This document shows, piece after piece, positions 38,216-49,745 of a DNA stretch of 64,000 bases (within the stretch, counting starts at the first letter, position 1; each line of letters opens with the position of its first letter). The notes beneath the pieces are model-generated. The model searched no databases, was not told where the DNA came from, and was given only the letters and a program-made list of their open reading frames with translations. This DNA is from Toensbergia leucococca (Eukaryota): assembly GCA_022813965.1 (NCBI GenBank), contig JALDZS010000114.1, positions 1-64,000 on the forward strand, given 5' to 3'. Position numbers and translations under genes: made by a program.

Positions 38216-39008
38216 GGCTTTGAAGAGGTGATGGAAGTGAGATGTTTTCTCCTAATGATCCCGAGTGACCCAACACGACATTGGGCGGCTAGCTCTCAAT
38301 CGTCTATTCTAGTACGCAAAGTGTCCTTTTGAAGGAATTCTCGGGCGGCTAATGTGGTGGGCTTCCCAAAAACATCAGGCCTTTTGCTTTCCAGGTTCAT
38401 TGCATTCCCTTCTTCTCTATTTCCAAATCCCAGAAAGAGAGATACATACCCACCCTACTCCCCCTCCCCCTTTCATCCAAACGCCACAAACCCAAACCCC
38501 AAAAATCACCTCACCCCACCCCCCCTCCCCCTCCATCTCCAAAACAAAAAAAAAACAAAACAAAAACAAAAAAAATCGCATTCCCCCCGCAATGCATACA
38601 CCTCCTCATAAATCTCCAAAAGATCAACTCGAGCACCCCGCCTCAAAGACACCCCAGAGGCTCTCAGGAGTCTTCCAAAATCTTCAAACTTCCCCCCCTT
38701 CAAAACGAAAGAGGAAAATACAGGAACACCAAACGTCTGCACAAAAAAAAAGCTCGGTGCAAAAGATGAGATATGGGTGGGTTTTTTGGGAATGGAATGT
38801 GTGAAGTTAATTCGTGTTGAAAGGTATATCTATCTATCAATCAATTGATTGAATAAGTGGAATCCAAGATAATAGGACTCATTATTTCCGAATCATTGTG
38901 TTTGAATCCAGGTGTGGAAATTTTTCAATATTTCAAGAATCTTCAAGTTTTTGGTGTAAAAACACCCTTCAGGGGGAGGGGAGGGTTTGATCTGACACTG
39001 ATTTAGAT

Positions 39009-39031
39009 TCCCCCCCCCCCCCCCCCCCCCC
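39009..39031. repeat. Long poly-C homopolymer, followed by (GAA)n at ~39073-39097
   Basis: Directly visible run of more than 20 C. Confidence 0.85.
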
Positions 39032-39661
39032 GGCCCACCCCCTAAATTCTCTTTCTTTTTCTGAATTGATATGAAGAATGAAGAAGAAGAAGAAGAAATT
39101 GCCTCAAACTTCAAGAAAAAAAACAACTTCAAGCAAAGACTTCTCCTCCAGATTTATCAGCAACTGAGTTGGGCTTATTTCTATAAAAACAGGTTTTTTT
39201 TTACACCAAGGGGTCCTAGCCTGTAAGCCAAATCACTGCACAAAAGGCATACATACCCAAAAGTGACATTAGAGAGGTCTCACTGACAAAACTCTGTGCC
39301 ACCCCCTCCCCCCCATCAATCAGTTACAGGATTGTCGGATCAGCTCTTACAGAAAGAACCACCTTCGAAGGGGGGGAATTATCGGATCTCCCTCGCTACC
39401 GGAGCTGCTTTGAGTGACTCCTTTTTTAAATTGGGAATCACTTGCAACATAGGCCCCAAGCTTAGATAGATGCATCACAAAGAAATCGCCTCTTCTCTCC
39501 CCCCAACCCTTTTTCCCCCAGCCTTCCATCCAAAAGTAGCAGCTAATAGCGGGGCGGACCTTGTAGGCAATTGAATAGATTATCTGAGTGAAAAAAAATT
39601 GTTGAGATAAGAAAAACCGATGGTTTTACCTCTTTCCTCAACCGATTACATCCACCTGACC

Positions 39662-41382
39662 CTACCCCTTCGCCTCCCAAAACCCCACTTTCACCGGCTT
39701 TCCCGGCTGCACCACAATATCCGTTTTGATAAGCTGCTCCCCCTCCCAATACTTTTCCACGCGCTCGAACCGCTGCAATATCCTCACCACCGTATACCCC
39801 ATCTCGGTGAGCGCAAATTGCTGCCCGACGCAGATCCTCGGGCCCCCGTTGAAAGGAATGTATTCCCAAGGTTTGGGCTGCCAGTGCTCCCATCGGTCCG
39901 GGCAGAAGAGGAGGGGATCCGGGAAGGAGGCCGAGGTTGGAGGGTAGAGATCGAGGCGGCGTTGCATTATTATTGGAGAGTAGCCGATTGGGGTGTCCTT
40001 GCGGATACCGATGGGTTCGAGGCCGGTGGGACCGCCGCCGTGGGGGAGGGTGGTGTCGTGGAGGGCGAGGCGGACGTTGAAGGGGACACCTGGGTAGAGG
40101 CGGAGAATTTCGTTCAGGCAATGTTGCAGGTAGCGCATGTTTTTGAGATCGGTGTAGGCTGGAGGTTCGGTGGGCCCAAGGTGGTTGAGGATCTCATGGC
40201 GGAGTTTGGCGACGATGTCCGGGTGGGTAGAGAACTCGTGGAAGAGCCAGGAAAGGGCGCCGGCGGTGGTGTCGCGGCCTGCGAGGAGGCAGGCGACGAG
40301 TTGGTCCCGAAGTTGTTTGCGATCGCGCGTGAAGGAGGCGATGGCGTGCAGAAAGGTGTAACCTGTGTCTGATTTTGTGATATTTTCGAGCTCTTCTGGC
40401 GACAGGCGTAGCGCTTGCTCGATGTAGGGGTTTAGGAAGGAATTTATGGTTTGGATGCCAGTCCGAAAGGTGCGGCGGGGGATAAACCAATTCAGGGGGC
40501 TGGTGATAAGGGGTAAGTGATGCGGAAGTAACAGAGCATGGTGGTGCCATTCTTACCCTGATCTGCTAATGAGACTTTGCACCCTTTGCACCTCGTCAAA
40601 TGCTCTCGCAAACTCGGCCTGTGGACAATCGAGACTCTCAATGCTACTTCCGAAAAGGAAGTCGGTGGCAGCGTCCAGGGTATACCTACAGTTGACTTTA
40701 GCATATGTGAAGTGGAGCGGTGTTTCTGGGGTTTGAACATGGGAGAACATACCGAAAGAAAAGGACGTTTATATCAATTTCCTCTCCCTTCCCTCCCATC
40801 AAATTCATTAACTTCTGTGCATGCTTTTCAAATATATGCAAGTCACTAACGCGATCCCTGACAAACTGAGGTCTAATCAATTGTCGATTAGTGTGCCACT
40901 GCTCGCCATCGGTAGTGAAAATGCTGTCTCCCAAGAAGTCCTTCCAGTCATCATGAAATGGTTTCCCCTTTCCGTAATCGGAGAATTGAGTTGTGAGAAT
41001 GGCCTTGATATTCTCAGGGTCGGCAGTAAACACGAAGCGCGCGCCGGCAGTCTTCGTCTCGACGGTGAATGGTGCTTCTGGGTTCCCGAATGAGAAGATG
41101 TAAAGCCAGAATTCGAGGTTCTTGTGATGGATAGAAGCAAGGACAGCTTTGTAGAGAAAGTCGACGCCTGTTCCAGTGGTTAATCCTTCAGACTTGCCCA
41201 GGTAAGCTTACAAAGAGCTCACCAAAAGGAAGTCGTGTTGGGACTTGGAATGCATATCCACCCAATTCTTTGATTTCACGATGTTCGACGACTCGACGCC
41301 AAATGCTGGTGGCAATAAAGATGAGGGCAGCAACAATGAGCAAGCGCGCAATACAAAATTGTGTGATTAAAAGCTCGAACAT
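39662..41382 (-). CDS. Cytochrome P450, CYP52-clan (alkane/fatty-acid hydroxylase-like), 4 exons
   Basis: TADPENIKAILTTQF, LGDSIFTTDGEQW, LLAGRDTTAG, EILRLYP, PDRW, YIPFNGGPRICVGQQFA. Confidence 0.93.
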
Positions 41383-41772
41383 GGCAGCTATTCAATACAT
41401 AGTATATACAAATTTAAATTTAGTCAGTAGAAAGAAAAGGCACGGAGACAGCTTTAGATATGTAGTAAGGACGCTCCAGTTAGTGAAGCGGGGTGAAGCT
41501 CTACATTTTTTGAATTGTGCCCCGCAAGTGCGAGGCCTGACTAGACTATGCCGATGCGAGTTTAGTGGTGTTACAGCAGATGTGGAAGCTGAAAACTAGA
41601 ATGGATGTTGATTCGTTATCCTGGTACGTACGCGAAGCGTGAGGGCATCGTCTAAGAAGACATGGCATCGTCAATCGTGAAGTTTACTCGTATATAAGGT
41701 ACTTTGCTCGCCCGTGACGCCTGTAATCCGACGAACCTGTGCCGGCCCTCGCTAATTTTCAATTCACACCCC

Positions 41773-43420
41773 CTAAAGAACAAGCGCCCCACCCAAAATG
41801 CCACAAGCAGCAGCCCTTAGACCTTTAGCCAGCCTCCTAGAGTTAGCAGCACCAGTCGCTAACGATTGCTTGAGCTTGGTGCTGGACGTCGGGCTTGAGT
41901 CTGCCGCTTTCAAATCGGCACCTAAGACTGTTGACGTTGTCGTTGGCGCTACTGCCGCAGACGTGATCAGAAATCCTTGTTGATCGTAGCTCTTCACTGC
42001 TGTCGACTCTCCGGCGGCTTCGGTTACAGTAGTAGGAAATCCTTGCTGGTCGTATTCAGTAACAGTCTCAAGACCACCAGCCCCCGAACCCGCAGAAGAA
42101 ACCTGCAGCGAGGCTACTGGCAACGAGGTAGATGAAGCGAGTGGGTATGTCGACTGCAGTTGGAATGTCAGCAACAAATTCGTCGAGGGCGTCCAGAGGA
42201 CAAATAGGAGATTAAAGGCGTGCTCACTCACAGGTGCCGCACTCGGCGGAATGACCTTACCAGAGCTAGAGACAGTCCATCCGCTTGGTAGGCCTGGGTA
42301 AGTTGTCGCCGTCTCCGACGCACTGGTTGCAAGTGTCGTTGGATCGGAAACCCAAGGATAAACACTTGGCGTGACAAATGTCGAGGTAGTATCCCGGTGC
42401 GTTCCCTCGAATGGCGCTGGGGCACTGTTCGACGATGACGTTACCGCTGGTGCTGAAGATTCCACTACCTTCGCCGCGTTGCCTCCACTAGGATTGACAC
42501 TTCCGCCTGCAGCTTCAATAGACTGCCAATTACCACTCGTGCCAGAGTAGCTGTACTGCGTCCCAGTCGAATAATCCGTGACGGCAATGGACTTGAGCTG
42601 CATTGTATAAGGACCACTGGCATAGTTTGTTAGACCGCCAGCCCATTCTGAGTTACATAAATGATTAGCTGGGTTCAATTTCAGAGGGAGTGAGTTGAAT
42701 GACTGACGAATTGTACCAGGAGCGTTCGCAGAATCCCCACCGCTCCATGCTCCGACCTTGATCTGCATTGGCGTTTGTGGATATTGCCCTGACGCTGCCG
42801 ATGCCTGAGTCAAAGCTCTCACAGTTGTTCCATCAATCTGCCAAACAATCTGATCGGATGTCCAGTCGATTGTATACGTATGGAAAGCATCTTGGTTGCT
42901 TGGATCAGGATGGAATGCCCCACGATTCCACGTGGTGGTCATTCCCTTGCCAAAATAATTGCTCTGAACTTGAGTGTTGTCTGCACCAAGCCACTCCCAG
43001 TCGATTTCGTCGAGATCATCGGATTGTAGAACGGCGCTGCTAACAATGCCAACGCCTGGAGCTGCCTTGACAACAAAATCGACATGCCCGAACATGATGT
43101 ACCATTTCGATGTCAGCTGTGGCGAGTCGCCGGATTTTGCTACTGTGAACGAAGCTCCGTTTGAATCGTACGTGGGATTGCCTTGAGGAGTGAAAGAATC
43201 GGAAGCGCCTTGAGTGAAGTCGATGTTTACTGATTTTCCTAATGCCGTGTCTGCAGGGCACGAGCCTACCAAGTGTTAGCAGTAAGCACTTATTTTGCTA
43301 AGCATTTAGGTCAATCGAACCGGATGTCAAAGGATTACAACTAGTGTAAGTTTGAGCTAACACCTGCTCGGAGACCAGCACAGCAGCAGCAAGGACCGAG
43401 GAGATTATGTCGAATCTCAT
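41773..43420 (-). CDS. Crh-family GH16 chitin-glucan transglycosylase, GPI-anchored, 4 exons
   Basis: Signal peptide + QTYTSCNPL; catalytic DLDEIDWEWLG; PQTPMQIKVGAW; introns ~43266-43320, 42648-42707, 42154-42231 (or 42227); S/T stalk; hydrophobic C-terminus. Confidence 0.93.
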
Positions 43421-45047
43421 GGTGAAACCGAAGGTATATAGCAAGGGGTGAGAGAAAGGATGTCGGCTATCGCTCGAGGCCGAGCGGTCGAGACGATTGA
43501 TAGAAAGGAAGAACCTATAAGATAGTGACAGCTACTGAATAACAGGAGGGTTGATTAATGATTGGGTTGAAGGATATGGGTTGGAGCGGGTAACTGCTGA
43601 TGGAAAAGGTGCGAGTGAATATGTGCAGCGGGAGGAGTGTTGAGTACAGAGAGTTCCACTTTACTATTTACAGCTCTAGGCAATTGCTAATGACCGCTTA
43701 TTTTCCCAGCCACGTTGGACTGCGGGAATTCAATCTTAATGGGCAGCAGCGAATGACGTGTTACGAGAGAGAAGATGTTGTCTAAAGTGATAGTATGGAG
43801 GCTGGTGGAATGCTTGTCTGCAGGTTTCCGGAAAGGAACTTGAAGTCGAAGGCTGGATACTCATATGACGATTTCTGGTTGGCTAGGAGACTGCTAGGCT
43901 ACAGTAGTGTGTCCACATACGGCTAGCTGCCGCTACCTACAAAGCTTGACAGTGAAGACCCCGATATCTCCGATCTCCTTCTGAATATTAAAGAAAAGAA
44001 ATCATACGCTTCTATTTGACAGGCATTTGTTTCTTAAAATTTAAATATTAGATACAGCTTACTGCCGTAAAGACGAGTGTGAAAGCCTACTTGCCCATTG
44101 TTCCCCCTACACACTGAGATGAAGTTGCTCTCACGAAGCCGATGGGGTCATCTACTATTGCAGGACAGATAGATTGAATACTCTCACGGACTATTTAATT
44201 CCCTGCTAGTACGAATCGAGGTGAAAAGCACTGTTTCAAAGCTCACGAAAAACGAGGAAGGATTTGGTCCAATTAATATCATGATACACGCCTCGAAAGC
44301 ATAGGAATCTTGCACCACCAAAACCGCGCGAACTACAGCGCGCAGAGAAGAATATGTAATCCCAAGTACCGCCACGTGTTGCCATGGATGAAATATCGAA
44401 AGACCTGGGATTTACGAACTCTCTGATTGTTCCATCATGGAGAACTGGATCTGCCGTATACAAGCATGGAAAGCAGTAGGTTCTTCCTGAGCTGTTTGTT
44501 GCCAATCTGATGTAGTGCATGTTACCCTTGAAACATGAAACACATTACCGAATCAAAGCTCAGTAGGCCGAGCCTTCGATGTATAGCACGGTAAGTCCTT
44601 GTCTTTGAAAAGCCGAAAATGCCGATATGAAGCATGCCCGGTAAATCACCGTCGTGATTTCATTCAATGTACGAATAGGCAGAGCAACATCGAAACAGGA
44701 CTAAAGAGAGTGGGAAGGAATAATGCTTCATTTTTCGCGCGTTCCCTGATAGACTAGAAGAATGATCTCATACGGAGGACCTGTGATGCAACAACACTGT
44801 AGGCCAAGGTACCTAGGTGGGTAGCCGTTAAGGCAAGACCATTCGACTGAACTCATGTCTCAGGTGAAAATTGCCTACATGTACTAGATGCAGTTTCTGC
44901 ATGTGTAACCCGGAGCGCTCGCTGACTGAGGAACAAACGTCAATCTCGACTCTCGACCCAAATGATGAGAAGTTTCCGTTGACTCACAATCTCCCTTGTC
45001 AACAGCCCAAAATTCGGCAAACCCTCCCCGGCCTGTCACCCCACAAC

Positions 45048-46430
45048 ATGGCCGAAACATTAAGCCCACAGCAGAAGATCGCACTGATCAACGAGAACCT
45101 GCAAGAAGTCCTGAAGCCTGAAATCATCGAGGATGTCATCCTCAGACAGAACAGGCCGCTTGTCATTTACTGGGGTAATTTCTCGTACGCAATCCTAGCA
45201 AAGAAAGCGTTCCTGACGATATCTTGCTGCAGGGACGGCCACCACTGGACGGCCACATTGCGGCTACTTTGTACCTATGCTCAAAATTGCACATTTTCTC
45301 CGCGCCGGCTGCGTAGTCAAGATCCTCCTCGCAGACATTCATGGCTTCCTCGACAACCTCAAAGCTCCAATCGAGCTTGTCAAGTTCCGCGCCGAGTACT
45401 ACAGATTCGTCACCACAGCCCTCCTCAAATCCATCAACGTACCCATCGAGAGGATTGAATTCTCCCTAGGAAGCGCGCATCAACTGTCCGAAAAGTACAT
45501 AATGGATCTCTTCCGCTTGAGTTCAGTAGTCACGGAACACGATGCCAAGAAAGCCGGGGCAGAAGTAGTGAAGCAGGTCTCCAACCCCACAATGAGCGGA
45601 CTGATCTACCCCCTCATGCAAGCTCTGGATGAGGAACATCTTGGCGTAGATGCCCAATTCGGAGGTGTAGATCAGCGGAAGATCTTCGCTTTAGCTATAG
45701 AACAATTGCCCAAGATAAATTACAAAGAACGAGCGCATTTAATGAATCCCATGGTACCAGGACTGGCGGGAGGAAAGATGTCGGCCTCGGATCCGGATTC
45801 GAAGATTGATTTACTAGATACACCCGAGAATGTGACCAAGAAGCTGAAAAAAGCTCAAGCGGTGCCGAAAGAGGTGGAGGGGAACGGCGTCGTGAGCTTT
45901 GTGGAATATGTGTTGCTGCCGATCAGCGCCTTGAAGCTTGGAGGCAAGGGTGAATTCATCGTGGAGAGAAGAGAAGGAGAGGGGGAGCCGTTAATTTACA
46001 CGGACATTGAAACGCTGAAAGAGGACTACAAAGCAGACAGAGTGTGCACTCCCTCACTGCATAGAACTCCCTCAACGTCAACACATGGCATACCCTACAA
46101 GTCTTGCTGACCACCCCATAGCTAACACCCCAACTCCTAAAACCAGCCGTCACCAAAGCCCTCCTCGCCCTCCTTCAACCCCTACAAGCCGAATTCTCAG
46201 CCTCCCCCGCATGGCAAGAAATCGAAAAGAAAGCCTACCCGCCCCCCGAGACGAAAAAGAAGGAGAAGAAGACAAAGGACAAAGGCAGCAAGCACCCTGG
46301 TGCCGCGAAGGGGGTTGAGGCGCAGCCGGACGGGCATGTGGAAGGGGAGCGCAAAGACGAGATTAGTTTGGGGACGGGCGCTGAGTCGGTGATGGAGAAG
46401 CTTGATATCAATTCGAAAGGAGTTTCATAG
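45048..46430 (+). CDS. TYS1: Cytosolic tyrosyl-tRNA synthetase, 3 exons
   Basis: IYWG|TATTGRPHCGY (HIGH-type), QALDEEHL, FGGVDQRKIF, KMSAS; introns 45175-45232 and 46042-46121. Confidence 0.95.
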
Positions 46431-47587
46431 AATCAAGTGATTTTTTTGGAGGTGTTGTGTGTGATGATGTTGCGCTTCGATGCTTTGGCGCTAAACTAAT
46501 GTGATATCCAGACCAAGGAGGGAGTCCACCGTCCCTTCTTCCAAAGAAAAATAATCCTATCCAAACCTACTTCCCCCCCCCCCCCCAAATCTATTTTAAA
46601 CACTTCAGGAAACTCGCACCTCTACTTGGACTATCGTACACAACTACCATCAGGAAATTTATGCATCAAACGAAAGGAAGCAGTAAAAGAGCATCTACCG
46701 CTTCGAAACTGACGAGGCAAACTGGGTCCTTGGGGAGATGAGAGAAGGGAAAATGTGTTTCCCCTTCTTTCAAATCCTTTTGGGGGGATTGTTCCTTGCG
46801 CGGATTTGGGGTGTTTTTTCTCTACACCTTTTCCTTTTTTAAAAAAAATGGGGGGAAAAGGAGAGATGATGAGAAGACGGGGTGCAAATGGCACGAAAAG
46901 TGGAGATATCAAAAATCCAAGACAGAAAATCTTGCTGATTTGAGGGGGTCTGATTGAGCTGGTGCTTGATTGATTTGTCGATTTTTTTGGGGGTGGGGGG
47001 GAGGTTTGATCTCATGAATAAATATCCGGCTATTTGGACGGCGATGCCATGTCTACATACGCAAAAGGGAAACCATTGCGGTTGAACAATCTCACTATTT
47101 TCTGCTTTATCTCGCTGTTCGGCCTTGCATACGTCTTCTGTCCATCGTGTGACAGGTTGATTAGAATGCCTCGCAGGCCCTTGAGCCCTGTTGCTCCTTG
47201 TTGCTGTTTCTCCTTGGAACTGACCTTGTTTGGTTGTAGATTTTTTTGATCGGTTCCGAAGAATTCTCATGACGGAGTGAGCCCTCACCTGCTCGCCAGC
47301 TTGCTATTACGCTCCATTCATTCATTCTGCTGTCCTCTCGTACGCTGTGGATTACAGCGAGGCTCCTTGCTGTTTGGGGTGTTTTATGAATGCCGGAAGA
47401 GGGGAATGGGTAGATTTAGAGGAAGTCTGGGGTTTTGACGTTATTTGATAGATGTTGAAGGATAGGGGGTGTGAAGTGGTCAGATGCTTGGGACAGCGAA
47501 ACAAAGTAGGAGGCCAGCATCATTCCGCTGAACCTTTAGTTTCAGCAAACCTAGTTCCCGCCCTTCCAAAAGCTGGATTCTCGGAGT

Positions 47588-49147
47588 TCATAAAGGGGGT
47601 TGATATGTCCCCCCTTTTTCCAATGACGAGTGATGTATTACCTCATGTCCGTTACGAGCAGTATAAAACACGGCACCCAGTCCTAGATCATCTTTGATAT
47701 CGGCATCCGCACCCATCCTCAGCAGTAATTCAACCGTTGTTTTAAATCCATTGTATGCTGCATAATGCAAGGCTGTCAGCCCGCAATTACTCTGAGCGTC
47801 GATATGGGCCCCATTTTCAAGCAGCAAGTATACGATTGCCTCATTCCCATTCCCAGCTGCCAAAGATAGTGGCGTTCGGCCATTCTTGCACTTGGAATTC
47901 ACATCAATGTCATTTCGCTCGAGCAGCATGTTCACGATTGCCTGATACCCGTTCTCAGACGCATAAGACAGCGGCGTCATGCCGAAATCGTCCTTGAGAT
48001 CAGCCTGGATATTGTTGCGCTCGAGCAAAACCTTCATGATTGCTTCGTAGTTACTGCAAGCCACGTAATGCAGCGCGGTCTCCTTGAAAACATTCCTGGT
48101 GTTGACGTTGACTCCCTTGTCCAGTAAAAACTTGACCATCGCAGTGTCTCCTCTGCTTGCTGCACAGATTATCCCTCTATCGAGATGGAGGATCCACTTG
48201 ACAAAAGGGACGACTCGTCTAACGCGTTCTGTCATAATATGTGCTTTCAGGGCCGTGACTGGTCTCAAAAGCACAGATTGCGGTTTTGTGGACGATGGAG
48301 CAGGTTTTCTTTTCAGTGTATCAATATCGGAAATTTGTGGAACAGAGTGGACTGTGGTAAAAAATTCCAGAGATTTCGTGGGCTGGCTCAAGTCATTCTC
48401 GCATACTATAGTGCTTGAGTCATCTCTCAGCAATTGCTCCTCGAAGATTTTGATATTCAAAGCTTCCTTGTACCAGTCTATGATGAAAGCCTTATTAGCA
48501 TCGAAGGCTGTCGCCGATATCCCAGCATTTTTCAATTCTTTCTGAAGAGAACGGCATAAATGAGTCTCATCCAAAGACACGAGCTCGTCTTCTCGAGTTG
48601 TAAGAAGTAAGGACTTTTGCTTTCCATCTTGAAATGCTTGCATAAATTTTTTGAGTTTGTTCTCCACGACATTTTGAAGGGTACTAAGGCAAGTAAGGTC
48701 AGCACAAAAGAAGTCCAATCATTCACATATCACTCAGTCTTTGTCAATGTGATAAATTATATATACGTACCCCATGAATGCTGCAACCAAGACGATGTTT
48801 GAGGTCAAACGAGATCTCAACTTTACAATGTCTTCGGCGACATACCACACCTGGTCCCATGTGCGCTTTTTCTGCCCCGTCAGGCTTTCATACCTGTCAA
48901 GGAGACAATGCAGATCCTGTACAAGATAATGACATTCATGTCCGACGGTCTTGAGATTGAATTGACTTGAACCTGATAAAGTCTGGTCCAAGAGGTTCTC
49001 TCCAACCTCTTTGAGCACGGCGTGAAAAGACAAAATGTCGTGAGCCATAATTTTGAAGGCCCCTGGCGCATCTTTGCACAGCTTATAGATGTTCCAAGCA
49101 TGGGTTTCAAGAGCAATTAAGTCGTTGGCACTACACTCGAATTCCAT
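47588..49147 (-). CDS. SesA/HeLo-like N-terminal helical domain + ankyrin repeats, 2 exons
   Basis: N-terminus AWNIYKLCKDAP...KRTWDQVWY...LRSRLTSNI resembles fungal STAND N-terminal helical domains; intron ~48686-48770 (GTACGT...CTGAC...TAG); about 5-6 ankyrin repeats (TALHY, TPLSYA, TPLSLAA). Confidence 0.8.
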
Positions 49148-49745
49148 AATATGCAAGAAGGACTCTTCGATCAGAACGCAGTTTACTCACAGCATTGAGG
49201 TAATGTAATTGAGAACTGAGGACCTGGAGCATAAGCCCTAACCTTCGGGTAAGGCAGGTAAGCGCCAATCCATTTAATTAAATAAATGCCGCTGCAATTC
49301 TGCAAACGCCATTTCTCCTCGGCCATTTCACAGCGGGACAGCTTCACAATAGTCATTAGATTCAAGATAACGCAACGGCATTGACAAGGCATTCTTGACA
49401 TCGCCTCAAGGTGCACATTTGATTAGTGCTAGTGCTTTGAGTTCAGCGAGAATGATCAATACCTGGAACTCCACTTTTGTCAAGGACATTCCAACTTCGC
49501 AGTCTTCTATTCAACACACAAGCAGTGGATGACGGATCAACCGTTAGCAATATCTCAACGTGCTATAGAACATACCCTCCTACCCTACGAGCCTTATCGT
49601 GCCATCTCTTTTCATGCTGAAACCATAACCTTATCGAGCGGCTTTCACTGGCTTTTCTAAAACCTCGATGACATGCATTTTCATGTAGAGCCGACATTGT
49701 TTATCCGAGTACCTCTTCTAAATATGAGTATTCCCGTCCCATCTA

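Noticed and set aside
38352..39530. ORFs or a transposon in the homopolymer-rich spacer between GH20 and CYP52
   Set aside because: Low-complexity A/C runs; no terminal repeats, target-site duplication or transposase remnants found
39620..40372. 250-aa plus-strand ORF
   Set aside because: Antisense shadow of the GC-rich CYP52-clan exon
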